From Planctomycetota bacterium (GTDB lineage: Bacteria; Planctomycetota; GCA-002687715; CAIWVZ01), in the NCBI GenBank assembly GCA_044222185.1, contig JBGANV010000001.1, forward strand, positions 1,504,001-1,568,000: 64,000 bases of DNA, given 5' to 3'. The notes beneath the pieces are model-generated. The model made no database searches. It was not told where the DNA came from and saw only the letters and a program-made list of their open reading frames with translations. Every line of letters begins with the position of its first letter. Position 1 is the first letter of the stretch. The translations under genes were made by a program, and so were the position numbers. This document shows positions 28,395-37,588 of this stretch, piece after piece.

Positions 28395-28957
28395 GGCTCC
28401 GACTCGTCGTCGTCCTCCTCGACCTCATCGTCTTCGTCCCCGAGGTCGGGCTCATCCGCCTCGCCGGCCTCCGGGAAGACCTCGGGTGCTGGTTGCGCTT
28501 CCTCGAGGGACTTGAGCCGATCCGTCGCATCCTCCGCCATCTCGAAGGCGCGGCGCGTCATGAGCAGCGGCACCTTCGCCTTGAGGTGGAGCACGATCGA
28601 ATCGGACGCGCGGGCGTCGATGCGTACCTCGTGACTTGCCGCACTCCCGTCATCAGCGGGCCGCACGAGGATCACCGTTGCGCAGTAGACGTTGTTGACG
28701 ATCGCCGAGATCACCACGCTCCGGACCTCGATGTCGAAGCCCTTCATCACGTAGTCCAGAAGGTCGTGGGTGGAGGGACGCTCGGCGCGGGCGTCCCGAA
28801 GTTCTCGATCGATCGCCGCGCCCTCGGCGGGCCCGACGAAGATCAGCATCTTCTTCTCGGGGTGCGAGACCACGACCCCGACGCCGGTGCCCTCGGGAAC
28901 GGAAAATGCCCGTTCCACCGTCACTTCGAGCAGCTCGAGGCCCCGGTCTTTCGACAT
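28391..28957 (-). CDS. Bifunctional nuclease family protein (DUF151)
   Basis: IFVGPAEG, RPSTHDLL, IDARASDSI; acidic tail. Confidence 0.85.
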   Translation of the reverse strand: MSKDRGLELLEVTVERAFSVPEGTGVGVVVSHPEKKMLIFVGPAEGAAIDRELRDARAERPSTHDLLDYVMKGFDIEVRSVVISAIVNNVYCATVILVRPADDGSAASHEVRIDARASDSIVLHLKAKVPLLMTRRAFEMAEDATDRLKSLEEAQPAPEVFPEAGEADEPDLGDEDDEVEEDDDESEP

Positions 28958-29017
28958 GAGGGTCCCATCCTTCCGCCCCGGGAGCGCGCCATCAACATGC
29001 GCGACCGCGAAGCGCCG

Positions 29018-29647
29018 TCACGAATCGCGGATGGTGACCGGGGTCCCCACCGGAACGGCATCGTAAAGCTCGTTCACGTCGGCGTTCGAGAGAGCCACGC
29101 TTCCGTCCGTGAAGTGACGATCGCGGAAGAAGAAGTAGTTTCCCTGGATCCCGAGCGCTCCGCCGAGATCCGTGTCTGCCGGCGGTGCCCTGCCGAGGTC
29201 GTGTGCGTCGAGGATCCGGCGGAACGCGGCATCGTCGATGGCGCCGCAGTTGCGAGCGGCCCTCGCATTGTCGCGATTCGGGAAGTCGAGAAGCATGAAG
29301 CGCGACCCGTGATCGAGCGGACCACGCCGCATGGCCTTCTCGATGATCTTGAACTCGCCAGTCGGAGTGCTCTGGTAGGCCTTCCCGATCCGACCGGCGA
29401 CGGGAGACTTTCCGAACGCTGCCTCGTATCGGCGCACCAGCGTCTCACCGTCCCAGAGCTCGAGCGCCCCTCGACCGACGACGATCTCGATGTGAGGCTC
29501 GGCGAGCGGATAGGTGAGATTGAGCTCCCGCGCCTGCGCCGGAATCCCACGCGGTGCCCACTCCTGGAGGTAGGCCCCCATCACCAGAACGGCGATGGAA
29601 CTCGAGAGCCAGAACGCTCGCTGAGCCCATTTCCAGAGTGCCATCAT
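29018..29647 (-). CDS. YkuD/L,D-transpeptidase-like protein with substituted catalytic residues
   Basis: N-terminal TM, TPTGEF, LDFPN, GIQG...TDGSVALSNADV...VPVGTPV. Confidence 0.8.
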   Translation of the reverse strand: MMALWKWAQRAFWLSSSIAVLVMGAYLQEWAPRGIPAQARELNLTYPLAEPHIEIVVGRGALELWDGETLVRRYEAAFGKSPVAGRIGKAYQSTPTGEFKIIEKAMRRGPLDHGSRFMLLDFPNRDNARAARNCGAIDDAAFRRILDAHDLGRAPPADTDLGGALGIQGNYFFFRDRHFTDGSVALSNADVNELYDAVPVGTPVTIRDS

Positions 29648-29784
29648 GTGAGACCGCCCGCGAGCGTCGTCCACCGGGACGAACGGCGCGCCTGCGTCCT
29701 GGATCGACGCACCGGCCGTCGCACCTCAACTCCCGCGACAAAAAAACCGACAGCCCCGACACAGCGAGCGACCGTGCGGAACGT

Positions 29785-30948
29785 CTACGCGCGGTGAGCT
29801 TTGGCGGGATCGAGGTCGCGCAGGTATCGCGCGCCAGCGCGAACGATCCGCAGCGCCTCGTCGACCTCGTCGATGGTGTTCGACTCGCAACACGAGAATC
29901 GAACGGCACCATGAAGCCACTCGTAGGTGAGCCCCATGGCTTCGAGAACGTGGCTACCTCCGAATTGCGCCGCGCTGCACGCCGACCCTGCGGACACACA
30001 AAGTCCGTCGCGCGCGACGGTGAGAACGACGGCCGAACCTTCGATGCCTCGGAACGAGACGTTCACGGTTCCGGGGATGCGCCCGTTCGGGGCGCCGTTC
30101 AATCGGGTGCCATCGATCGAAAGCAACCCCGCCTGAAGGTGGTCGCCAAGCCGCTGAAGGTGCGCGCGGCGGTCGGCGATCCCGTGCATGACGTGGCGCG
30201 CTGCAGCGGCCATTCCCAGGATCCCAGGCGTGTTCTCCGTCCCTGCGCGTCGCCCACCCTCGTGGGGCGCGCCGACGAGGAACTTGCGGAAGCGTGCGTT
30301 ACGCCGGACGTAGAGCAGGCCGACGCCTTTGGGTCCATGAAACTTGTGCGCCGACAGCGAAAGGAAGTCGCAGTTGAGCGCATCGACGTCGATCTCCGCC
30401 TTTCCGATCGCCTGCGTCGCGTCGACGTGGAACGGGATGCCGCGTTCTCTGCAGAGCGCGCCGAGTTCGACCACAGGCAGGAGCACGCCCGTCTCGTTGT
30501 TCGAGAACATCGCCGAGCAGATCGTCACGCCCGGCGTGAGGACGCGCCTCGCCTGTTCCATGTCGAGTGCGCCATCGCCATCGACGCCGATCACGTCGAC
30601 GCGCGCACCCAGAGACTTGAGGTGGGCCGCCACTTCGATCGTGGCCTCGTGCTCCACGGCCGTGGTGACGATTCGGGCCGGTGTTTCGCGCGCCGCCACG
30701 AACGCCCCGCGAAGCGCCGTGTTCGTGGCTTCCGTAGCACCTGCCGTGAAGACGATCTCGGTCGGACGCGCGTGGATGAGCTCGGCCATCACCGCTCGCG
30801 CCGCATCGACCTCGCGGCGTGCCGCCTCGCCCGGCCCGTGGTGGGACGATGGGTTTCCCCAGGCGTCCGTCAGCGCGCGCGTCACCGCCTCGACGACCGA
30901 TGGAAGCGGTTTCGTCGTCGCGTTGTTGTCGAAGTAGAGCGTCCTCAT
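29785..30948 (-). CDS. Cysteine desulfurase, group I (NifS/IscS)
   Basis: YFDNNATT, GNPSS, NNETG, HVDATQ, SAHKFHGPKG, SAGSACS. Confidence 0.92.
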   Translation of the reverse strand: MRTLYFDNNATTKPLPSVVEAVTRALTDAWGNPSSHHGPGEAARREVDAARAVMAELIHARPTEIVFTAGATEATNTALRGAFVAARETPARIVTTAVEHEATIEVAAHLKSLGARVDVIGVDGDGALDMEQARRVLTPGVTICSAMFSNNETGVLLPVVELGALCRERGIPFHVDATQAIGKAEIDVDALNCDFLSLSAHKFHGPKGVGLLYVRRNARFRKFLVGAPHEGGRRAGTENTPGILGMAAAARHVMHGIADRRAHLQRLGDHLQAGLLSIDGTRLNGAPNGRIPGTVNVSFRGIEGSAVVLTVARDGLCVSAGSACSAAQFGGSHVLEAMGLTYEWLHGAVRFSCCESNTIDEVDEALRIVRAGARYLRDLDPAKAHRA

Positions 30949-31202
30949 CGGTCGCGTCCTTTCCGCGAAAACAGTCGCCAGAGGAAGCGCAACGGACCAC
31001 GAGCGCGACGCGCGTCGCGCTCCTGCCTCATGATCACTTCGATGTCCGGAAGACATGACCGGCAGCCAGTCCCGGCGCGGCACGCGACGCCGATGTCGCG
31101 AGGGTCTCGCGGTGCAGTCGCGCGCACAACCTCCCGCACACGGCCGGCGGTGACGTTGTGACAGAAACAGAGCGTTTGATCGTCCTTGCGCCAATCGTTC
31201 AT
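30945..31202 (-). CDS. BFD-like [2Fe-2S] protein
   Basis: CFCHNV...AGTGCRSC motif; overlaps flanking genes by 4 nt. Confidence 0.8.
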   Translation of the reverse strand: MNDWRKDDQTLCFCHNVTAGRVREVVRATAPRDPRDIGVACRAGTGCRSCLPDIEVIMRQERDARRARGPLRFLWRLFSRKGRDR

Positions 31203-32617
31203 CGGCGGCGCTCCGCCTCCGCGACGGCGACGATCAGCATGGCGGCAAGCCTCGCGGCCATCGTCGCATTCGACGGCTCGACCATCACCGTACGCTCGGC
31301 CGTATCCAACGACGTTCCCGACACGGGGCAGCAGTCGAGGACCGGAGCTCCCGGGGCGGACTCCGTCGGTGTCTTGCGGGTGTCGCTCGGATTCGAGTCT
31401 GCGCCGCGACGGCATCGACCGAACCCGGAGCACAACAGCAGGCCCGTCCCGCGCGGGCTGTCGTCGAACCAGTTCGACTGGGGCTCGACGGCGAGTGTTT
31501 CGAACTCGGGCCAGAATCCGCGCCGGCCCCGGAAGCGAGACAAGAGCTTCGCGGCCACGGCGCCCGTCGGGGACTCGGTCGGGCCCGTGGCGCCGATCGC
31601 GTAGAGACATTCCCGTTGAGCGCCCAGACCAAGACGTCCGAATGCCAGCCGAAATCGCTTTCCCGCGGCAGGCGGTTCGTTCTGCGTCCGGGGAGACCAG
31701 CTTCCGCGAAACTCGAGCGTGAGCGCGATGGGCCACGGCTCCTTTGCGGCCACGAGGAGCCTCGCCACTTCGAGCAACGCGGCAACCCCCGCGGCGGACT
31801 CGTCGGCGCCAGGCCCGCCGGATTGCGTCGCGAGGCAAGCGATCAACCGGATCTCCGGTCGGCCGACGGCGTCGTTCATCGCCACGACGACGTCCTCGAC
31901 CGCGGCGAGCCGCTTCTTCGTGCGGACCTCGGCGATCACACGCGGTGGCGGGTCGATCGCGAGCGCTGATTGCAGGCGCGCTGCGTCGTCGGCCGTCACG
32001 GTGATCACAGGTACGCGCGGAACGTCGCAAGGGAGCGGGTCCAGGACGACCGCATCGTGCGGCAGGCCTGGATCGCGCGCCGGTTCCAACACGAGGACGC
32101 ATCCAGGGCGCGTCCGCGCTCGCGCGGACGAGCCCAACAACGCCCACGACCCGTCCGGCGGCGACGCCGCACCGGCATCCGACACGAGCGGCAACTCCGT
32201 CCGGGCCAGCGCCGTCGACCCAGGCCGCACGCCGACGCGTGCGAGCGGCGCCTCGCGCGCAGCACCGAGGCGCACCGCGACGTCCACACTCTCGACTTCC
32301 TCGGTCGCGATGGCTTCGCCGACGGCGACCAGGTTCGGTCTCAGCCCCAACGAGCTGAGCCGCGCTGCGACCAGGGCGGCCGCCTGCGCACATCCCTCCG
32401 AGGCCGCGCGCCGCGAACCGATACGGCAGATCTCGGCAGTCGTCGCGATGATGTTGCGCGGGGACACGGCGGCGGCGATTCCTCGAAGCACGCGCTCGTC
32501 CTCGTCGCGAGACTCCGCGCTCGTGTCCTGAGCACACGCCGTTGCGGCGCCGATTCCCGACAGGACGGTGATGGCGAGGATCGAGAGCTGCTGTCGCGTC
32601 AGCGCAACCATCCTCAT
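31199..32617 (-). CDS. M28-peptidase-like exported protein, degenerate active site
   Basis: Signal peptide; PGADESAAGVAALLEVAR resembles the M28 GADDNASG motif; zinc ligands appear missing. Confidence 0.6.
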   Translation of the reverse strand: MRMVALTRQQLSILAITVLSGIGAATACAQDTSAESRDEDERVLRGIAAAVSPRNIIATTAEICRIGSRRAASEGCAQAAALVAARLSSLGLRPNLVAVGEAIATEEVESVDVAVRLGAAREAPLARVGVRPGSTALARTELPLVSDAGAASPPDGSWALLGSSARARTRPGCVLVLEPARDPGLPHDAVVLDPLPCDVPRVPVITVTADDAARLQSALAIDPPPRVIAEVRTKKRLAAVEDVVVAMNDAVGRPEIRLIACLATQSGGPGADESAAGVAALLEVARLLVAAKEPWPIALTLEFRGSWSPRTQNEPPAAGKRFRLAFGRLGLGAQRECLYAIGATGPTESPTGAVAAKLLSRFRGRRGFWPEFETLAVEPQSNWFDDSPRGTGLLLCSGFGRCRRGADSNPSDTRKTPTESAPGAPVLDCCPVSGTSLDTAERTVMVEPSNATMAARLAAMLIVAVAEAERRR

Positions 32618-33105
32618 CCGCCCCCCGTCGCCAGCCGCCACGCCGCCACCGTGCGTTCCATCTGAGCGATGTGCGTATCGATGTGAACGGCGTAGATCCC
32701 GAGCCAGATCTCGGGTGAGTAGGCCCCCACCTCCGAATGCCGACCGGGGCGCGTCCAGCGGTCCTCGGAAACGCGACGCAGCAGCGGGACGGTGACGACG
32801 CGCGTGGCGTCGATCATCGTGAATGCGCCGTCGAGCGACTGGCTGGCGTAGTCCAACGTCACCGCCCACTGATCCTGGTCGTACCCGAGGATCAACGGTT
32901 CCTTCTCGCAGATCGCGTAGCGGATCCGGCTCGCTGCGTTGAGCTCGGAATCGCCGCAATGGCACACGATCTCGTGGACCGACCATTTCCCTGTCCCCGG
33001 CCTCCAATCGACGGCGGGCGTCGGGACGCATGCGAACGCCGCGCGGAGACGTTGCGGCGCAGTCTCATACTGGTCGATCAACACGCGGCGCGCTTCCGGC
33101 GTCAT
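32614..33105 (-). CDS. DinB family protein
   Basis: RPGTGKWSVHEIVCH, YDQDQW, HIDTH. Confidence 0.85.
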   Translation of the reverse strand: MTPEARRVLIDQYETAPQRLRAAFACVPTPAVDWRPGTGKWSVHEIVCHCGDSELNAASRIRYAICEKEPLILGYDQDQWAVTLDYASQSLDGAFTMIDATRVVTVPLLRRVSEDRWTRPGRHSEVGAYSPEIWLGIYAVHIDTHIAQMERTVAAWRLATGGG

Positions 33106-33159
33106 GTTCGACTCCGTTTCACGGGAGAAAACTAACCGATTGCAGGGCGTGAACGCGCG

Positions 33160-34248
33160 TCAGGGGTCGACTGCGACCGTGAGAGCCCCCGTGACGGTGG
33201 TGCGTTCGGGGTCGAGGAGACGCCGCCATCCCGTCGGCGTCCGACCTCCCCGGCTCCGGGAGAATCCTCCAATCCGTCGAATCGCCGCCGTGCGAAACGT
33301 GGCGAACGGGAGCGGACAATCGGTTCCCGGCGGCCCGGCCAGCGGCGCGGGCCCTACCCAGCCCGACGCCAGGCTCGCCAACGCCTTCGGAGCGCGTTCG
33401 AGGGCGAGGCCGGCAAGCACGAGGTGATTGGGCGCGATCCGGACGGAGCCCGAGAAGAACGCCACGAAGGGGTTCGAGACGCCGCCCAGGGCGTCCTGCA
33501 TGGCGGCGTCGGCGCCTCGGCCCTTCGTCGGGAAGAGCGCCACCCGGGTCGGCACTCCATCGGCGAGGCCGAAGAGGTTCGTGGGCAGTGGAGTCTCTCC
33601 ATCTCGGGCATCGTCGAGGACGAAAACCTCGCTCGGCACGAAGGTCTGGCGACGCAGGACGTCGGCCAGAAGCTCCTCCGCGGCGCCTGGCTCGTTGCGC
33701 GAGTGGATGACGACGGTGATGGGGAGAGCGCCGCTGGCGTCCAGTTCCGAGTGCCTGGCTTCCATCGTGTGCCGCGTCCCGAGCATCGGCTCATCGCCGC
33801 GATCTTCGGACGGCAGCTCGACGACGGTCCCGCCGCATGACGCCGCGAGCAGGCGACGGAGACGAGTGCGGTCCGCCGGCGAACCGGCCGCACGAACGAG
33901 GACGCGCCCTCCGTCAGCAACGGCCGCCAGCACGGTTTCGGCGCGATCCACCACGTCCGGCCCGGCCAGGTCGAGAACGATCACGTTCGTGAAACGCACT
34001 TCCGCGAGAGCCGACTCCGTCACGCGCGCAACGGGGCCGGCACGTAGCGCTCCGAGGCGCCGGCGCACCCGGCTGCATGCCGAGGAATCACCGAGGACGC
34101 CGATCGCCGCCGCGTGCGCGCGGAGCCCCTCCAGGTAGGGGCCCGTGGGATCTCCCACGACGAGCGTCGATCCGAGCCAGTTCTCGAAAGCGAGTTCGCG
34201 GGCGACGGCCCAGTCGAACGGCGTCCAGTCTCGTGCATCGGGCTTCAT
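33160..34248 (-). CDS. Hypothetical protein with methyltransferase-like N-terminus and GT2-like C-terminus
   Basis: ITVVIHSRNE...RQTFVPSEVFVLDDA resembles a GT2 N-terminus; later DxD absent. Confidence 0.45.
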   Translation of the reverse strand: MKPDARDWTPFDWAVARELAFENWLGSTLVVGDPTGPYLEGLRAHAAAIGVLGDSSACSRVRRRLGALRAGPVARVTESALAEVRFTNVIVLDLAGPDVVDRAETVLAAVADGGRVLVRAAGSPADRTRLRRLLAASCGGTVVELPSEDRGDEPMLGTRHTMEARHSELDASGALPITVVIHSRNEPGAAEELLADVLRRQTFVPSEVFVLDDARDGETPLPTNLFGLADGVPTRVALFPTKGRGADAAMQDALGGVSNPFVAFFSGSVRIAPNHLVLAGLALERAPKALASLASGWVGPAPLAGPPGTDCPLPFATFRTAAIRRIGGFSRSRGGRTPTGWRRLLDPERTTVTGALTVAVDP

Positions 34249-34433
34249 GAGCAGCGCATCGGGCGGCGCTGCGACTGCGCATCGACGCCGGGCCGGCCGA
34301 TACTACCGGCCACGACGACGACGAACCAAACGGCCGAAACTGCGTGATCCGCATCACGTGATAGGATCGCCGGCCTCGCCGGTGCCGCCATTCGATCCGC
34401 GGCCTGCGTCCTGGCGTCGCTGGAGTCGCACGC

Positions 34434-35819
34434 ATGACCTGCCGCCGTCCTCTTCCACCGGTTTGCAACAACGTCCTCGAGTTGATCGGCAACACGCCGA
34501 TGGTGCGCCTGGGTCCCGTCGCCGAGGGCATCCGAACGAAGGTCCTTGCCAAGTGCGAACAGATGAACCCGGGCGCGAGCGTGAAGGATCGCATCGGCGT
34601 CGCGATCATCGAGGCCGCCGAGCGCGCCGGGAAGCTCAAGCCCGGAGGGCTCGTCGTCGAAGCGACGTCCGGCAACACGGGCGTCGGCCTGGCACTCGCC
34701 GCCGCGCTGAAGGGCTACCGCTGCATCTTCACGATCCCGGACAAGATGTCGTCGGAGAAGATCAAGCTGCTGAAGGCGTTCGGTGCCGAGGTCATCGTCA
34801 CTCCGACCGTGCCCGCGAATCATCCGGACTACTACGTGACCGTCGGGCGCGCGATCGCGGCGGAGACGGCCAACGCGATCTTCTCCGACCAGTTCTACAA
34901 CCAGGTGAATCCCCAGGCGCACTACGAGAGCACCGGCCCCGAGATCTGGGCGCAGACCGAGGGGCGCATCACGGCGCTCGTCGGCGGCATGGGAACGGGC
35001 GGCACGATGACCGGATGCGCTCGCTTCCTGAAGGAGAAGAACCCCAGGGTGCGGATCATCGGCGCCGATCCGGAGGGCTCCGTGTTTCGCCACGCGCTCG
35101 AAACCGGATGCTGCGCCCCGGGGCAGCCGTACAAGATCGAGGGGATCGGCGGCGACAAGGTGCCCGGAACGCTCGACCTGAAGCTGATCGACGAGATCCG
35201 CACCGTCACGGACAAGGACGCATTCCACATGACGCGACGGCTCGCCCGCGAGGAAGGGCTGTTCGTCGGAGGGTCGAGCGGACTTGCGACCTACGTGGCG
35301 ATTCAGCTCGCTCGGGAGATCGATGACCCGAACGCAGTCGTCGTGGTGATGCTCACCGATACGGGCGAGCGGTACCTCTCGAAGGTCCACAACGACGAAT
35401 GGATGCAGGAGAACCGCTTCCTCGAACCACGCGACGTGCGCGTCACCGAACTCGTCGGAAAGAAGAAGTCCGATGCGCGCCTCGTGTCGACGACGCCGGA
35501 GAAGACGGTCAAGCAAGTGTTGTCCCTGATGAGCCAGAACAACATCTCGCAGGTGCCCATCATCGACGGCGGCGAGTCGCGAGGATCCGTGCGCGAAGGC
35601 AACCTGATGGCGAAGGTCATCGAGTCCACGGCCGCGTTCGACAAGGCCGTGATCCACTTCGCGGAACCGCCGTTCCCCGTGGTGAACGCGAACGATCCGG
35701 TTGATCACATCATCCGGCTGTTCACGAAGGACAATGAGGCGGTCCTCGTCCGCACGGGGGGCGCCATCAACGGAATCCTCACGCGGTATGACGTGATCCA
35801 GCACCTCTCGGGGCGCTGA
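34434..35819 (+). CDS. cbs: Cystathionine beta-synthase with C-terminal CBS pair
   Basis: IGNTPMV, NPGASVKDR, TSGNTG, GTGGT, YLSK, tandem CBS domains. Confidence 0.9.
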   Translation: MTCRRPLPPVCNNVLELIGNTPMVRLGPVAEGIRTKVLAKCEQMNPGASVKDRIGVAIIEAAERAGKLKPGGLVVEATSGNTGVGLALAAALKGYRCIFTIPDKMSSEKIKLLKAFGAEVIVTPTVPANHPDYYVTVGRAIAAETANAIFSDQFYNQVNPQAHYESTGPEIWAQTEGRITALVGGMGTGGTMTGCARFLKEKNPRVRIIGADPEGSVFRHALETGCCAPGQPYKIEGIGGDKVPGTLDLKLIDEIRTVTDKDAFHMTRRLAREEGLFVGGSSGLATYVAIQLAREIDDPNAVVVVMLTDTGERYLSKVHNDEWMQENRFLEPRDVRVTELVGKKKSDARLVSTTPEKTVKQVLSLMSQNNISQVPIIDGGESRGSVREGNLMAKVIESTAAFDKAVIHFAEPPFPVVNANDPVDHIIRLFTKDNEAVLVRTGGAINGILTRYDVIQHLSGR

Positions 35820-35834
35820 TCGCGGGCGTGGGCA

Positions 35835-35857
35835 GCGCCGCCGGATCCCGGTGGCGC
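35835..35857. terminator. GC-rich hairpin between convergent cbs and rpsU
   Basis: GCGCCGCCGG-ATC-CCGGTGGCGC; no U-tract. Confidence 0.35.
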
Positions 35858-35867
35858 AAGAGCGCGA

Positions 35868-36071
35868 TCACGCGTTGTCGCGTGCGCGGGCGGCGAGGCG
35901 GATCGTCTTGATCCGCTCCTTCTCTTTGCGCCGACGGCGATCGCTCGGCTTCTCGTAATACGCCTTCGCCTTCATGCCGCGGTCAAGGCCTTCGGCATTG
36001 CACAGACGCTTCAAGCGACGGAGGGCCTTCTCGATCGGCTCGTTGTCACGAACTTGAACGCGGATACCCAA
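35868..36071 (-). CDS. rpsU: 30S ribosomal protein S21
   Basis: VRDNEPIEKALRRLKR...YYEKPSDRRRRK; TTG start at 36071 after GGAG. Confidence 0.9.
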   Translation of the reverse strand: MGIRVQVRDNEPIEKALRRLKRLCNAEGLDRGMKAKAYYEKPSDRRRRKEKERIKTIRLAARARDNA

Positions 36072-36185
36072 TCCTCTACTCCAGGATGCGATCGACGAGG
36101 GAGGCCCGAAGTTGTCCATCCGCGCGCGCGGACCGGACTTGGGCCTCCCGGAGGGAGCGCCATTGTGGCTGGCGAATGGAAGACT

Positions 36186-36566
36186 TCAACTGCCGTTGTC
36201 GGCGGAGGCTTCCTTGGACGGCGGCGACACCGTCCCCGGCTTCGCGGAACCGTTGGACTGTGCGGCATTCGCGCGCTCGAGCGCGCGCTGCGCGAGTTCC
36301 TTCATCATCCGCCCGGCCTTGAAGTGCACGACGACCTTGCTGGGCACGTCCACCTTGACGCCGGTACGTGGGTTACGCGCCTTGCGAGCGGCGCGCGTCT
36401 TGATCTCAAACACGCCGAACTCACGGAATTCGAGGCGGTTGCCCTTCGCGAGTTCGCTGATGATCTCCTGGATGAACTGCTGGATCACCTTCTTGACGAT
36501 CACCTTCTTGTAGCCCGACCTCAGCGCGATCCGGTAAGCCAGCTCTTTCTTCGTGATGGTTCCCAT
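36186..36566 (-). CDS. HU/IHF family DNA-binding protein
   Basis: TKKELA, EFREFGVF, ARNPRTG, FKAG. Confidence 0.93.
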   Translation of the reverse strand: MGTITKKELAYRIALRSGYKKVIVKKVIQQFIQEIISELAKGNRLEFREFGVFEIKTRAARKARNPRTGVKVDVPSKVVVHFKAGRMMKELAQRALERANAAQSNGSAKPGTVSPPSKEASADNGS

Positions 36567-36742
36567 GACTCTCTCTCCGCACGTCGCTCGTCGAACCGAA
36601 CTCCCTCGTCGACCTAACCCCTTGCGCCCCTTTGCACCGCCGCTCGATGCGCGGGATCGCACGAGGTCGCGCCGCCCAAATCACCGTCACCCACTCAAGC
36701 CTCCGGTGATTCGGAACGGCGAGTTGCTCGCAGGGGGCCGTA

Positions 36743-36771
36743 ATCTTAGTGATGACATAGAAATAGAGCAA
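36743..36771 (-). promoter_or_regulatory. Sigma70 promoter upstream of HU-rpsU
   Basis: TTGCTC-N17-TAAGAT in a locally AT-rich patch. Confidence 0.6.
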
Positions 36772-36860
36772 CCGACCTGTGCGGAGAGGTTGTGGAGAAT
36801 CGCCGGGAGGGCTCGTCGCCCCGGCGTTGGCCGGCTCGGAAACCTAAGTTCCTGAAGAGT

Positions 36861-37349
36861 TTATGGGCGAGCAGCCAGGCTGGCGCGGAGCAGGCTGGTG
36901 AACGCCTGCGTGTCGGGCGCGGCGAGGAGCCCGCGCCGCACCTCCTCGCGGCCAAGCGCGAGCGCGAGGCTCGACAGGAGCCGCAGGTGAGTTCCCCGCC
37001 CGGTGTCGGAGTCAGGCGCGACCAGAAGCACGATCAACCGCGTCGGCTCGCCGTCAAGCGCCTGGAAGTCGACGCCGGCGGCGGTCCGGGCGACGATCGC
37101 AACCGTTCCCGGGACCGTCGGTGTGAACCCGTGTGGGATCGCCAGCCCCGCCTCCAGGCCCGTCGCAAGCGACATCTCGCGCGCCACCACGGCGGCGCGC
37201 ACGAGGTCCCGAGACGAAGCCGCGATCGCCCCGACGGCACAGGCCCGATCCAGCATGGCGTCGATGGCCTGCCAGCGGTCTGCGGCCACGAGATCCAGAA
37301 CCACCAACTCCGGTCGAAACAGATCGCGGAATTCCGTCGGGGTGGCCAA
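36861..37349 (-). CDS. PTS EIIA (Ntr/fructose-type) domain protein
   Basis: RE..LATGL..GLAIPHG, GVDFQALDGEP, HLRLLS; TTG start inferred. Confidence 0.85.
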   Translation of the reverse strand: MATPTEFRDLFRPELVVLDLVAADRWQAIDAMLDRACAVGAIAASSRDLVRAAVVAREMSLATGLEAGLAIPHGFTPTVPGTVAIVARTAAGVDFQALDGEPTRLIVLLVAPDSDTGRGTHLRLLSSLALALGREEVRRGLLAAPDTQAFTSLLRASLAARP

Positions 37350-37588
37350 TCGGGTCGGACTGTAGGCGGCCGTCCGAGTTCCCTCAACGCGGATCGCCCT
37401 AAGGCCCGATCGGAATTCTGGAAGAGAATCACGCGTCGGACCGGTGTGACGCCCTCGACGGAATCGCAACCGGTTCGCACAATGCTCGGAACGAGCTCGG
37501 GGAAACGCGGTCCGCGTGACCAGGTCCGATGCGCGTGCACGCGCCGGAACCCGACGCGGTCGCTGGTCTAAGGAGAACGAGGCGGCAG

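Noticed and set aside
29730-29785. Terminator after nifS (T-run on minus strand)
   Set aside because: The preceding stem is weak and irregular
30945-32537. 530-aa ORF
   Set aside because: Only the last 85 aa (BFD-like, ATG 31202) look coding; the rest overlaps the M28-like gene
36567-36860. tRNA/tmRNA/6S in the gap upstream of HU
   Set aside because: No cloverleaf, T-loop or CCA end recognised
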